Shown here piece by piece: positions 23,292-33,051 of a stretch of 64,000 nucleotides of DNA. A program made the translations under genes and the position numbers. The stretch is from an uncultured Chloroflexia bacterium. GTDB taxonomy: Bacteria > Chloroflexota > Limnocylindria > Limnocylindrales > CSP1-4. The notes below the pieces were generated by a model, which was not told the origin of the DNA, did no database searches, and saw nothing but the letters and a program-made list of their open reading frames with translations. Each line of letters opens with the position of its first letter. Position 1 is the first letter of the stretch. Location of the stretch: positions 128,001 to 192,000 of the forward strand of contig CAVTHS010000010.1 in assembly GCA_963734535.1 (NCBI GenBank), read 5' to 3'.

Positions 23292-23378
23292 GCCGGAGTG
23301 GCGGAACTGGCAGACGCGACGGTCTCAAACACCGTTGAGGGCAACTTCGTGCGGGTTCAAATCCCGCCTCCGGCACCA
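23292..23378 (+). tRNA. tRNA-Leu (anticodon CAA)
   Basis: GCCGGAG/CTCCGGC acceptor stem plus ACCA; anticodon arm ACGGT-CTCAAAC-ACCGT; long variable arm; GGTTCAAATCC T-arm; TACCAT -10 at 23277-23282. Confidence 0.96.
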
Positions 23379-23450
23379 CGCTGGCGTACGCCGAACCGGT
23401 TCGCCTGGACGGCGCGTCCACGCAATCACCGTCCGGGGGGTACTTCCGTC

Positions 23451-24362
23451 ATGCGTCGCACCACGTCCCTGATCGCCGCCTGCATCCTCGTCGCCGGATG
23501 CTCGTCGGGTGGGTCCACACCGTCCGGGGCCGCGTCCAGCGACGGCGCTGCGGGCAGCCCAGCCTCGAGCGCCGCGACGGGCGTGCCAAGCGCCGGCGGC
23601 GGGCCGCCGGCCGGTAGCCGGCCGAGTGGTGCAAAGGTCCGGATCGTCAACGCGTATGCCCCCCTCAACGGCGACCCGGGCCCCATCGACGTCTACGCCG
23701 CGCCGTGGGCGGGCGATGGCGACTCCCCGTTGCTGTCGGTCCCCTACGGGACCGTGAGCGAGTACTTCGATCCGACGGTCTCGGACGATGCCGGAGACAT
23801 GTTCCTCTCGATGTACTGGGGCGGCACGAAGGGGAACGGCAACGAGCTGGTCTCGCAGACCGAGACGTTGAAGGGGGGCGAGGTCATCACCTTCATCGTC
23901 GCCACGGGCGACTCCACGCAGGACTCGGGGCGCCGGTTCGGGTCGATCCAGGCGTTCTTCCAGACAGCGAGCGGCGGGACGCTGGGTCAGTCGACCCCTG
24001 CGCCCGGGAAGACGCTCCTGATCGTCGACACGACCGGAGTCGAGAACGTGATCGCGAAGCCCGACAGCGCGACGTGGTTCTTCAGCGCGGGGACGGGCTG
24101 CACGAAGGGGATCAATGACGACGCGAACTCCCTGACCGGGGCCGGTCCCGGCAGCGCGGGAACCTACCAGCTCGATCCCGGCTCCTACACCGGTTCGATC
24201 CATGCCTACGCCAAGGACGACCCATCCATCCCCACCTGCGACAACGCGGCGCTCATCGACAAGCTCGCCATCCAGGCCGTCGCCGATCAGACCGCGATCC
24301 TCCTGATCTATGCGCCGAAGGACGGCGACCTCCGGACGGTCTTCATCCCGCTCGACGGGTAG
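23451..24362 (+). CDS. Hypothetical lipoprotein
   Basis: MRRTTSLIAACILVAGC lipobox, S/P/A/G linker, then a beta-rich domain (VRIVNAYAP...PIDVY, weakly DUF4397-like). Confidence 0.75.
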   Translation: MRRTTSLIAACILVAGCSSGGSTPSGAASSDGAAGSPASSAATGVPSAGGGPPAGSRPSGAKVRIVNAYAPLNGDPGPIDVYAAPWAGDGDSPLLSVPYGTVSEYFDPTVSDDAGDMFLSMYWGGTKGNGNELVSQTETLKGGEVITFIVATGDSTQDSGRRFGSIQAFFQTASGGTLGQSTPAPGKTLLIVDTTGVENVIAKPDSATWFFSAGTGCTKGINDDANSLTGAGPGSAGTYQLDPGSYTGSIHAYAKDDPSIPTCDNAALIDKLAIQAVADQTAILLIYAPKDGDLRTVFIPLDG

Positions 24363-24405
24363 CCGGAGCGTCCGTCACCGACCGCCGGGTCCGGCTTCGC
24401 GACGC

Positions 24406-24531
24406 CGTCGGCGAAGAGCCTGCCGACTGGCCCCCCAATCGCGGGACTATCGGCCCTCTTCGCCGACGCCCATGACCGGCGATCCTTGCGTCAGCGCCTC
24501 TGCCGCCCTTCCCCCCAGGGCTGTAGAGGCG
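24406..24531 (+). other. Two long intergenic stem-loops
   Basis: CGTCGGCGAAGAG (24406-24418) pairs perfectly with 24456-24468, with further inner pairing; CGCCTCTGCCGCCCT (24495-24509) pairs with 24517-24531. Confidence 0.6.
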
Positions 24532-24755
24532 TATTCATTTGCCCCTTCGCCGGACGGAGCGCTCCGAGGGCGTCGGTGGCCGATGCGCGTCCGCGCCGTT
24601 CGACGTCGGCGGCCGATCCATCTCGGCACCGGTCGACACGGGCGCCCGTGATTGCCGCCCTCGGCGCCCAGACCTCACAGGGCGGCCAGTGGGCGGCGCC
24701 GGTGTACGCTTCCGCCCGCGATGGCGAGGTTCGGGCCATCGCGGAGGAGGTCTCG

Positions 24756-25413
24756 ATGAGCATCTTCCGCCGCCTCTTCGGGGACGCAGCGGAGCCCGGC
24801 GCGAGTGGGGCGCCGGCGTCGGACGTTACGGACGACGCGGACGTCGTCACGGCATCGGCCCGGGGGCGGCGCGCATGCGTCGGCCGACGCCTCCGCCCCC
24901 GACACCGCGACCGTCCGCCGGATCGTCTCCCAGCTCGAGGCCCTGCCGCCGGAGCGGGCACGCTACCTCGCGGCCGCGTCGTACGTGCTGGCCCGCGTCG
25001 CGAACTCCGACCTCGTGATGAGCCCCGAGGAGACCGCGTTCATGGAGCGGACGCTCGTCGAGGAGAGCGGGATCGGCGAGGCCGAGGCGGTCCTCGTCGT
25101 CGAGGCCGCGAAGCAGCAGGCGCGCTTGTTCGGCTCGACGGAGGACTACCTGGTCACGCGCGAGTTCAAGCGCATCTCCGACCCGGAGCAGCGCCTCCGG
25201 CTGCTGCGCGCATGCTTCCTGGCGGCGGCGGCGGACCTCTCGATCTCGTCGGCGGAGAGTGCGACGCTGAACCAGATCGCGAGCGAGCTCGACGTCGACG
25301 CAGCCGCGCTCAGCGCGCTCAGGAGCGAGTTCGGCGACCGCCTGTCGGTGGTCCAGGCGATGCGCGCAGCCCGTGCCGGCACGCCTGCCGACCGGGACCC
25401 CGCGGGCGGCTGA
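24756..25413 (+). CDS. TerB/DjlA-like protein (one frameshift near 24860-24870)
   Basis: GGAGGAGG RBS then MSIFRRLFG in one frame; LARVANSDLVMSPEE...CFLAAAADLSISSAESATLNQIASEL (TerB-like) in the next frame. Confidence 0.75.
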
Positions 25414-25455
25414 CCCGACCGTCGGCTGACCCAACCGTCGGCTGACCCGGCCGAC
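25408..25455. repeat. 16-bp tandem repeat, 3 copies
   Basis: GGCTGACCCGACCGTC GGCTGACCCAACCGTC GGCTGACCCGGCCGAC, between convergent genes. Confidence 0.75.
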
Positions 25456-25472
25456 GCCGGCCGAAGCTCGCG

Positions 25473-28400
25473 TCAGGCCGAGGCGCGCAGGGCGTCGCTG
25501 TCGACTTCGAGCTCGAGCTCGAGCGTGCAGATCTCCGGGCGCAGCTGCCGACTCACGTCCGTGACGAGATCCACGTCATAGGCGACCCCGGCCCGCAGCT
25601 CCATCGGCAGGTCGGCGCGTCCGCGGCCCTGCGGCAGGTGAACCGTGACGCGCGTGGCGCCGGGACGCGAGCGCAGGAGATCGCGCACGGTCGCCATCGC
25701 CGCCTGGAGGACCTCGGGCGCGATCCCGTCGCCGAACCGCACGTGGAGGCGGCCGGCCGGCCCTGCCTCGACCGGCAGCGTGGGCTCCGCCGCGGATGCA
25801 ACCGCGCGTTCGCGCGCCTCTTCGGGCAGCTCGGGCGCCTCGTAGTCGGGTGCGGCGGCCGCGAGGTCGGCCGGCTCGGACGATCCCGGAATGGGCTCCG
25901 GCGGGAGGCTCGCGGCGCGAACCGCCGCTGGCCCCGGGTCCTCGGCGGTTGCCAACGGCGCGTGCCCGTTTCCGCCGGCAGGTCCGCGGCCGTTCCCCGA
26001 GCCATTGCCGTTCGAACCGGGCGGCCGGGCGGCTCCGCCGCGCCCCCGCCCCCGCGACCCCCGGTCACCGGCCGCGACCTCTGCCGCGAACGACGCTTCG
26101 CCGCGTGCCACGGCTGCGTCCCACTCCCAGGCCGCGTCCGCGAGCAGCGAGACCTCCTCGCCCCGATGGTCAATTCGACCCGCGACGAGGAGGATGACGC
26201 CCTCCTGCCACGTTCCTGCCGTCTGCTCGTGGAGCCTCGGAAAGACGACGACCTCGATGGCGCCCTGCAGGTCCTCGATCGTCACGACCGCCATGGTCGC
26301 CTTGGCCTTCGTGACCACCGTCCGCCTCCCCGTCACGACGCCGCCGACCACGACTCGCTGCCCGTCGAGGGACTCGTCCTTCAGGTCTCCCGAATAGGCG
26401 GTGACGAAATGCCCGATCCGCTCCGCGACCTCGCCGAGCGGATGGTCCGACAGGTAGAGGCCCAGCAGCTCCTTCTCCCAGCGGAGCCGCTCCCGGGTGG
26501 GCACCTCCGGCGACGCGGGAAGCGGCCGCTCGAGGGCAGCGGGATCCGCGGCGAGGTCGAAGAAGCTGATCTGGCCCGACGCGCGCTCCCGCTGGTCCGC
26601 CTGCGCCGTGGCCAGCGTGTCGTCGAGCGCGTCGAGAAGCCGGCCCGGGTGGCCGAAGGCGCTGAGCGCACCGACCTTGGCGAGGCACTCGAGCACCCGC
26701 TTGTTCACCAGCCGAAGGTCGATGCGGTCGCAGAAGTCCGCGAAGGATCGGAACGGGCCATCCGCCTCGCGCGCGGCGATGATCGACTCGATGGCGCCCT
26801 GCCCGACGTTCTTGACGGCGAGCAGCCCGAACCGGATGGACGGGCCCTCCACCGTGAACTCGAGGTGGCTGGCGTGGACGTCCGGTGGGAGCACGGCGAT
26901 CCCCATCCGGCGGCATTCGGCGACGGCCGCCGAGACCTTCTCCCCGTTGTCGCGAAAGGCGGTCAGCACGCTCGCCATGTACTCGACGGTGTAGTTCGCC
27001 TTGAGGTAGGCCGTCTGGTAGGCGACCAACCCGTAGCACGTCGCGTGGGCCTTGTTGAAGCCGTAGCGCTCGAACGGCTCGAACGCCTTGAAGACCGCGT
27101 CGATCGTGTCGGGACGAACGCCGCGCTCGGCGGCCTGGGTGACGAACTTGCCTTTGAGCGAATGCAGGACGGCCGACTTCTTCTTCCGGATCGCGTAGCC
27201 AAGCGTGTCCGCCTCCGGGCCGGTGAAGCCGGCAAGGCCGACCGCGGCGGACATGATGTCCTCCTGGTAGACGAAGATCCCGAACGTCCGGTTCAGGTAG
27301 GGCTCCAGCAGCGGATGGAGGTATGTGACCGGCTCGCGTCCGTGCTTTCGTGCGATGTAGTGCGGGATGTTGTCCATCGGGCCGGGCCGATAGAGCGCGA
27401 CCATGGCCGCAAGGTCGAAGACCGAGGTCGGTCGGAGCTCCCGGACGTAGCGCCGCATTCCCGGCGACTCCAGCTGGAAGACCCCGGTCGTCTCGCCGGA
27501 CGCGAGCAGCGCGAAGGTCGTCGCGTCGTCGAGCGGGATGTCATCGAGGTCGATCTCCACGCCGCGGTGCTGGCGGACCAGGTCCACGGCCTGGCGCAGG
27601 ATCGTCAGGTTCGAGAGGCCCAGGAAGTCGAACTTGAGGAGCCCCAGCGCCTCCACCCCGTGCATCTCGCACTGGGTCATCGTGGCGTCCGAGTTGGTGG
27701 CCTTCTGGAGCGGCATCAGCTCCGTCAGCGGCTCGCGGCTGATCACGACGCCGGCGGCGTGGGTCGACGCGTTCCGGGCGACGCCCTCCAGCTGCTTCGC
27801 GAAGTCGATGATCCTGCGGACGGGCGGCTCGGCCACGTACATCTCGTGGAGCTGCGGGCTCAGCGTGAGCGCCTCGTCGAGCCGAATGCCGAGCTGGTTG
27901 GGGACCGCCTTGGCGATCCGGTCCACGTCCCCGTAGCCGTGCCCGAGGACGCGGCCCACGTCCCGGATCGCCGCCCGCGCCAGCATCGTGCCGAACGTGA
28001 TGATCTGGGCGACGTGATCCGGGCCGTACTTCTGGGTGACGTAGTTGATCACCTCCTCCCGGCGACCGTCCTCGAAGTCGACGTCGATGTCCGGCATCGT
28101 CACCCGATCCGGGTTGAGGAAGCGCTCGAAGGGGAGCCCGTAGTGAATCGGGTCAACGGGCGTGATCCCGAGGGTGTACGTCACGATCGAGCCCGGCGCG
28201 CTCCCCCGGCAGGTCGTCTGGATCCGCTGCTCCCGGGCGAACCGAACGAAATCGGCGACGATCAGGAAGTAGCCTGCGTAGCCCATGGAGACGATGATCC
28301 CCAGCTCGTACGCCAGGCGCGCCTGCAGCTCCGGGGTGACGCTCTCGTAGCGGCGGGCCAGGCCGCCCTCGCACTCCTTGCGAAGCCAGCTCTCGGGCGT

Positions 28401-29291
28401 CTCCCCGGCCGGGACCGGGAAGTGCGGGATCCGCAGCTGGCCCAGGGGCAGCTCGAGATCGACCATCTCGGCGACGCGGCGCGTGTTGCGGAAGGCCTCC
28501 ACCTGGTCCGGGAAGAGGGCGAACATCTCGGCCGTTGACTTGAGGTAGAACTCGGGGGTCTCGAAGCGCAGGCGCCCGGGTGTGTCCAGGTTGCTGCCCG
28601 TCCCCACGCAGAGGAGGACGTCGTGTGCCTCCGCCTGTGCCTTGTGCACGTAGTGGAGGTCGTTCGTCACCACGAGGGGCAGTCCCGTCTCCTGCGCCAG
28701 GCGGCGGAGCTTCGGGTTCATGGCGGCCTGCTCCGGCAGGCCGTGGTCCATCAGCTCGAGGTAGAAGCGGTCCTTTCCGAAGATGTCCCCATAGGTGCCG
28801 GCCAGATGCCGCGCGAGCTCCCAGTCGTCCACCTCGAGCGCCTTCGGGATCTCGCCGCCGAGGCACGCGGACATCCCGATCAACCCCTCGCTGTATCGGG
28901 CCAGGTGCTCGCGGTCGATGCGCGGCTTGTAGTAGTACCCCTCCAGGTGTGCGTCGGTCACGAGCCGGCACAGGTTGCGGTAGCCGGCGAGGTTCGTCGC
29001 GAGGAGCGAGAGGTGGAAGGGCTGGGCGTCTGCCTTCCCCTCCTTGTCGCGCATCGACCGGCGCGCGACGTACGTCTCGACGCCGATGATGGGCTTGATC
29101 CCCTTCGCGCGGGCGGCCTGGTAGAAGGCGACCGAGCCGTAGAGCGCGCCGTGATCGGTGAGCGCGAGGGAGTCGAACCCCAGCCGCTCCGCCTCGTCCA
29201 CGAGGTCGCCGATCCGGCCGAGCCCGTCGAGGAGCGAGAACTCCGAGTGAACGTGGAGGTGCGTGAAATCGTTCGGGGCGAGGGTCGTCAC
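25473..29291 (-). CDS. dnaE: DNA polymerase III alpha subunit
   Basis: PHP domain (HLHVHSEFSLLDG, TDHG), RGSAPGS, FERFLNPDRVTMPDIDVDF, YGFNKAH, OB fold. Confidence 0.98.
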   Translation of the reverse strand: MTTLAPNDFTHLHVHSEFSLLDGLGRIGDLVDEAERLGFDSLALTDHGALYGSVAFYQAARAKGIKPIIGVETYVARRSMRDKEGKADAQPFHLSLLATNLAGYRNLCRLVTDAHLEGYYYKPRIDREHLARYSEGLIGMSACLGGEIPKALEVDDWELARHLAGTYGDIFGKDRFYLELMDHGLPEQAAMNPKLRRLAQETGLPLVVTNDLHYVHKAQAEAHDVLLCVGTGSNLDTPGRLRFETPEFYLKSTAEMFALFPDQVEAFRNTRRVAEMVDLELPLGQLRIPHFPVPAGETPESWLRKECEGGLARRYESVTPELQARLAYELGIIVSMGYAGYFLIVADFVRFAREQRIQTTCRGSAPGSIVTYTLGITPVDPIHYGLPFERFLNPDRVTMPDIDVDFEDGRREEVINYVTQKYGPDHVAQIITFGTMLARAAIRDVGRVLGHGYGDVDRIAKAVPNQLGIRLDEALTLSPQLHEMYVAEPPVRRIIDFAKQLEGVARNASTHAAGVVISREPLTELMPLQKATNSDATMTQCEMHGVEALGLLKFDFLGLSNLTILRQAVDLVRQHRGVEIDLDDIPLDDATTFALLASGETTGVFQLESPGMRRYVRELRPTSVFDLAAMVALYRPGPMDNIPHYIARKHGREPVTYLHPLLEPYLNRTFGIFVYQEDIMSAAVGLAGFTGPEADTLGYAIRKKKSAVLHSLKGKFVTQAAERGVRPDTIDAVFKAFEPFERYGFNKAHATCYGLVAYQTAYLKANYTVEYMASVLTAFRDNGEKVSAAVAECRRMGIAVLPPDVHASHLEFTVEGPSIRFGLLAVKNVGQGAIESIIAAREADGPFRSFADFCDRIDLRLVNKRVLECLAKVGALSAFGHPGRLLDALDDTLATAQADQRERASGQISFFDLAADPAALERPLPASPEVPTRERLRWEKELLGLYLSDHPLGEVAERIGHFVTAYSGDLKDESLDGQRVVVGGVVTGRRTVVTKAKATMAVVTIEDLQGAIEVVVFPRLHEQTAGTWQEGVILLVAGRIDHRGEEVSLLADAAWEWDAAVARGEASFAAEVAAGDRGSRGRGRGGAARPPGSNGNGSGNGRGPAGGNGHAPLATAEDPGPAAVRAASLPPEPIPGSSEPADLAAAAPDYEAPELPEEARERAVASAAEPTLPVEAGPAGRLHVRFGDGIAPEVLQAAMATVRDLLRSRPGATRVTVHLPQGRGRADLPMELRAGVAYDVDLVTDVSRQLRPEICTLELELEVDSDALRASA

Positions 29292-29452
29292 GGGAGGTCA
29301 ATGGTAGCCCGGCGGCGCCGTGCGGTGGATCGCCGCCGCCCCGACCGCGGCCCGCGGGCCGGCGGAAACGAGCTGGCGTGGCGGCCCGGAGCGCGGACCG
29401 CGCAGGTCATGACCGCCCCTGATCGCGTCGGCCGGCACGTTACTCTTGGCTC

Positions 29453-29851
29453 GTGGATGACCTTCGGGACGGATCGACGGCGGACGAAGACCCCGGGTCC
29501 GACGCCTTCGACGAGGCGCTCGAAGCCGCGATCGCGCGGCTTCCCGACGAGTATCGGGCTCAGCTCGCGACCGTCGCGATCGTGGTCGCGGACGAGGCGA
29601 CCCCAGAGGAGCTCGCGCTCGTCGGGGCGCCCGGCCTGTACGGGCTCTACCGCGGCGTTCCGAGGACGGCCTTCGGCGCCGACAACGTCCCGATCCCCAG
29701 CGTGATCACCCTCTACCGCGGACCCCTGGAACGGCGCTGGCGCGGGCCGGCCGAGCTGGTCCACGGCGTCGAGGAAACGCTCCGTCACGAGCTGGCACAC
29801 CACCTCGGGATCTCCGACGCCCGCCTGGACGAGCTGCACGACGGCGGCTGA
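29453..29851 (+). CDS. Zincin-like minimal metallopeptidase (Zincin_1/DUF1025-like)
   Basis: GLYGLYRGVP...ITLYRGP...ETLRHELAHHLGISD (HExxH). Confidence 0.88.
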   Translation: MDDLRDGSTADEDPGSDAFDEALEAAIARLPDEYRAQLATVAIVVADEATPEELALVGAPGLYGLYRGVPRTAFGADNVPIPSVITLYRGPLERRWRGPAELVHGVEETLRHELAHHLGISDARLDELHDGG

Positions 29852-29853
29852 TC

Positions 29854-30534
29854 GTGGATGCGCGAATCCTGGTGGTGGAGGACGACCCGTCGATCCGGGA
29901 GATCACGGAGATCGGCCTCCGCGGGGCTGGCTTCGGTGTCATCACCGCCGCCGACGGCCGCGACGGCCTGGCGCGATTCCGGGCCGAGGCGCCCGACCTC
30001 GTCCTGCTCGACGTGATGCTCCCCGGCCTCGACGGCCTCGAGGTCGCCCGCGAGATCCGCCGCGAATCGATGGTCCCGATCGTGATGCTCACCGCACGCG
30101 GTGACACGCTCGACGTCGTCGTCGGCCTGGAGGCTGGGGCCGACGACTACGTCCGCAAGCCATTCGAGCTGCCGGAGCTCGTTGCGCGCGTCCGAGCCGC
30201 CCTACGCCGGGGACGCGGCGGGCCCTCCGACGCGGATCGCCTCCGGCTGGGCCCGCTCGCAATCGACGTCGCGGCCCGGATGGTGACCCGGGACGGCACG
30301 CCGATCCCGCTCACGCGGACCGAGTTCGACGTGCTCGCCGAGCTGGCGCGGCGGCCGGGCCAGGTCTTCACGCGCGAGATCCTCCTCGAGCGAGTCTGGG
30401 GCTACGACTTCCTGGGTGACTCGCGCCTGGTCGACGTTGCGGTCGGGCGGCTCCGGGCGAAGGTGGAGCGCGAGCCGGCCTCGCCGACCCTCATCGTGAC
30501 GATCCGGGGTGTCGGCTACCGGGCGGGCGCCTGA
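29854..30534 (+). CDS. OmpR-family response regulator (MtrA-like)
   Basis: ILVVEDD, LLDVMLPG, GADDYVRKPF, winged helix with GDSRLVDVAVGRLRAKVE...TIRGVGY. Confidence 0.95.
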   Translation: MDARILVVEDDPSIREITEIGLRGAGFGVITAADGRDGLARFRAEAPDLVLLDVMLPGLDGLEVAREIRRESMVPIVMLTARGDTLDVVVGLEAGADDYVRKPFELPELVARVRAALRRGRGGPSDADRLRLGPLAIDVAARMVTRDGTPIPLTRTEFDVLAELARRPGQVFTREILLERVWGYDFLGDSRLVDVAVGRLRAKVEREPASPTLIVTIRGVGYRAGA

Positions 30535-30535
30535 C

Positions 30536-32074
30536 GTGGCAGCCGCTGAGGACGTCGTCGAACCCGGCGCGCCTGCGCTTCCCCGGGCCGGCCGACGCCG
30601 GGCGCCGGGCATCCGCGCGCGCATCGCGGTCGCGATCGTGACACTCGTCGCGGTGACCGCGATCGTCCTTGGCGTCGGCGCCGTCGCGTTCGTCGAGGCG
30701 TCGCTGCGTGATCAGCTCCGGGCGAGCTCGCTTCGCCAGGCTGACTACGATCTCGGGGTCCTGATCCCGACGGCGCTGCCGGGCGGCGTCGATCGGGCGT
30801 CCCTCACGGCGTCCGGCCTGCTCGAGACCTTCCGGCTGCGAGGGGATGTCGAGACGATCGTCGACTTCGGCGACGCGGACCCGGTCGTCTCCTCGTTCGA
30901 CCTGATCGGGGCGCTCGCAGGCTTCCCGTCGGAGCTTCGCCCAATTCTCGACCGGGGCCAGATCGGGTACGCATGGGCATCGGTGGCCGGACGCGCCTCT
31001 CTCGTCCTGGCGGGCCGGCCGGCAGCCGGCGAGCCCGCGTTCTACTTCATCCACGACGCGAACGACATCGACGGCGCCATCGCGCAGCTGCGCATCGCCT
31101 TGCTGGTCGGCTCCCTCGTCCTGGTCGGGGCGGCGCTTGCCACCGCGCGGACCGTCGCCCGGGGGATCCTGCGCCCGATCGTCGCCGCGAGCCGGGCCGC
31201 CGGCCGGATCGCGGACGGGCGGCTCGACGCGCGGGTGGTGGCGACATCGGACGACGAGTTCGCTGCGTGGGCCGCCGAGTTCAACCGGATGGCCGCGACG
31301 CTGGAGACGACGATCGCCCAGCTCCGCGCCGCCGAGGCCAGGAATCGACGCTTCGTCGCGGACGTCGCCCACGAGCTTCGGACACCGCTGACCGGGGTCG
31401 TCGCCGAGGCCTCGCTCATCCGCGGCGCGCTGGAAGCGCTTCCACCGGATGCTCGGCGGGCAGCTGAGCTCCTGGTGGCCGACGTCGCGCGGTTGCGCTC
31501 GTTGGTCGAGGACCTCCTGGAGGTGTCCCGCTTCGACGCGAGCGCCGAGCAGCTCGAGACGGAGCTGGTGGACCTTGGACCCCGGCTCGATGCGCTCGTG
31601 GCGGCCCGCCTGCCCGGGGCGACGCTCGCGATCCCCGACGAGCCCATCGTGATCGAGACCGACCCCCGACGCATTGACCGGATCGTGGGCAACGTGCTCG
31701 ACAACGCCCGGGTCCACGCGCCGAACGCGCCGGTGAGCGTGTCGCTCACCCGTGATCCGGACTCGGTGCGGGTCACGGTCGTCGATCGTGGACCGGGAGC
31801 GGGCGTCCCAGGCGCGGACCTGGAGCAGCTCTTCGAACGTTTCGCGAAGGCCGACCCCGCGCGACCGGGCGGGACCGGGCTCGGGCTCGCGATCGCCCGC
31901 GCGCACGCCGAGCTCCTTGGCGGGTCGCTTGGTGCGACCCACGAGCCGGGCGGCGGCCTCCGCTTCGAGCTCCGGCTTCCTGTGACCGAATCGTTGCCCG
32001 CTGGCGACGAACCCGTCACGGACCGTCGCGATCGTGGAGCCCCGACGGAACCCCCACGGAGCCCACGCCCATGA
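30536..32074 (+). CDS. HAMP-domain sensor histidine kinase (MtrB-like)
   Basis: Two TM segments, HAMP, RRFVADVAHELRTPLT, NVLDNA, DRGPG, GGTGLGLAIA. Confidence 0.93.
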   Translation: MAAAEDVVEPGAPALPRAGRRRAPGIRARIAVAIVTLVAVTAIVLGVGAVAFVEASLRDQLRASSLRQADYDLGVLIPTALPGGVDRASLTASGLLETFRLRGDVETIVDFGDADPVVSSFDLIGALAGFPSELRPILDRGQIGYAWASVAGRASLVLAGRPAAGEPAFYFIHDANDIDGAIAQLRIALLVGSLVLVGAALATARTVARGILRPIVAASRAAGRIADGRLDARVVATSDDEFAAWAAEFNRMAATLETTIAQLRAAEARNRRFVADVAHELRTPLTGVVAEASLIRGALEALPPDARRAAELLVADVARLRSLVEDLLEVSRFDASAEQLETELVDLGPRLDALVAARLPGATLAIPDEPIVIETDPRRIDRIVGNVLDNARVHAPNAPVSVSLTRDPDSVRVTVVDRGPGAGVPGADLEQLFERFAKADPARPGGTGLGLAIARAHAELLGGSLGATHEPGGGLRFELRLPVTESLPAGDEPVTDRRDRGAPTEPPRSPRP

Positions 32075-33051
32075 CCGCCCGATCCAGGCTCATCCCTTCC
32101 CGCCTGACGTCGCATCGCGTCGCTGCCCTGATCGCCGGGCTCGGCCTGCTCTTCGCCGCCTGCAGCGGCTCGGTCGGCGTGGCCGGACCTGTCCCCACGC
32201 CGCCGACGGCCGCACCGACCGCCTCGCCTGCGCCGTCGCCCGCCGCATCCTCCCCGGCCGCGTCAGGACCGGGCGCGTCGGGGGTGCCGACGCCAGCTCC
32301 GTCCGGCTCCCCGCCGGCGACCACGACCGTTCGGATCTACCTGTTCCAGCCGGATCCAGCCGGTGGCGACGCCCACCTCGTCCCGGTCACGCGGGCCGTG
32401 CCGTCCACGCGCGCCGTCGCCACCGCTGCGGTCCGCGAGCTGCTCGCCGGCCCGGCGCGGGACGAGGCGGGTCTCCTCACGATGATCCCGGCAGGTTCGC
32501 AGCTCCTGGGGATCACCATCGATGGGAGCGTCGCCACGATCGACCTGACCGGCACGTTCGAGTCCGGCGGAGGAAGCGCCTCCATGCTGGGCCGGCTCGC
32601 CCAGCTCGTCTACACGGCAACCCAGTTCCCGACGGTCGACGCCGTCCGGCTGCGGCTCGACGGGAAGCCGGTGGAGAGCATCGGCGGCGAGGGCGTGATC
32701 GTGGGCTCCGGGCTCGGCCGCGCCGACAGCACCTATGGCCTGCCGCCGATCTTCGTCGACCAGCCGACCTGGGGCGGGATCTTCCCGTCCCCCGGACGGG
32801 TCACCGGCCTGGCGAACGTCTTCGAGGCGCAGTTCCAGCTCCAGGTCCTCGATGGCAGCCGGCGGGTGCTCGCCGAGGCGGCGGTCAGCGCGTCCTGCGG
32901 GACCGGCTGTTGGGGCACGTTCGATGTCACGGTCCCGTATCGCGTCGACGCGACGCAGTGGGGCACGCTGCGGGTCTTCGACCCGTCGCCGAAGGACGGC
33001 TCGCCCATCGACGTCCGGGAGTACCCGGTTCGGCTCACCCCGGCGGGATAG
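32071..33051 (+). CDS. GerMN + Gmad2-like lipoprotein
   Basis: LFAAC lipobox; AVRELLAGP...IDLTGTFESGGGS...AQLVYTATQFPTVDAV (GerMN); VTGLANVFEA...GTGCWGTF (Gmad2-like). Confidence 0.88.
   Translation: MTARSRLIPSRLTSHRVAALIAGLGLLFAACSGSVGVAGPVPTPPTAAPTASPAPSPAASSPAASGPGASGVPTPAPSGSPPATTTVRIYLFQPDPAGGDAHLVPVTRAVPSTRAVATAAVRELLAGPARDEAGLLTMIPAGSQLLGITIDGSVATIDLTGTFESGGGSASMLGRLAQLVYTATQFPTVDAVRLRLDGKPVESIGGEGVIVGSGLGRADSTYGLPPIFVDQPTWGGIFPSPGRVTGLANVFEAQFQLQVLDGSRRVLAEAAVSASCGTGCWGTFDVTVPYRVDATQWGTLRVFDPSPKDGSPIDVREYPVRLTPAG

Noticed and set aside
22407-23450. N-terminal 348 aa of the 651-aa ORF 22407-24362
   Set aside because: It overlaps the anti-sigma gene and the tRNA; the real protein starts at the lipoprotein signal at 23451
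24440-24548. c-di-GMP-I (GEMM) riboswitch or T-box on the minus strand
   Set aside because: Only partial motif resemblance; no GNRA tetraloop/receptor or T-box sequence, and no minus-strand gene downstream. Kept only as a generic structured region
25408-25455. Short direct repeats (also 465-527 and 43452-43490) as a possible CRISPR array
   Set aside because: The units are adjacent with no unique spacers, there are only 2-3 copies, and no cas genes are present
23292-25455. tRNA-Leu as the integration site of a genomic island
   Set aside because: No integrase and no duplicated tRNA 3' end were noticed in the window; only two ordinary genes follow
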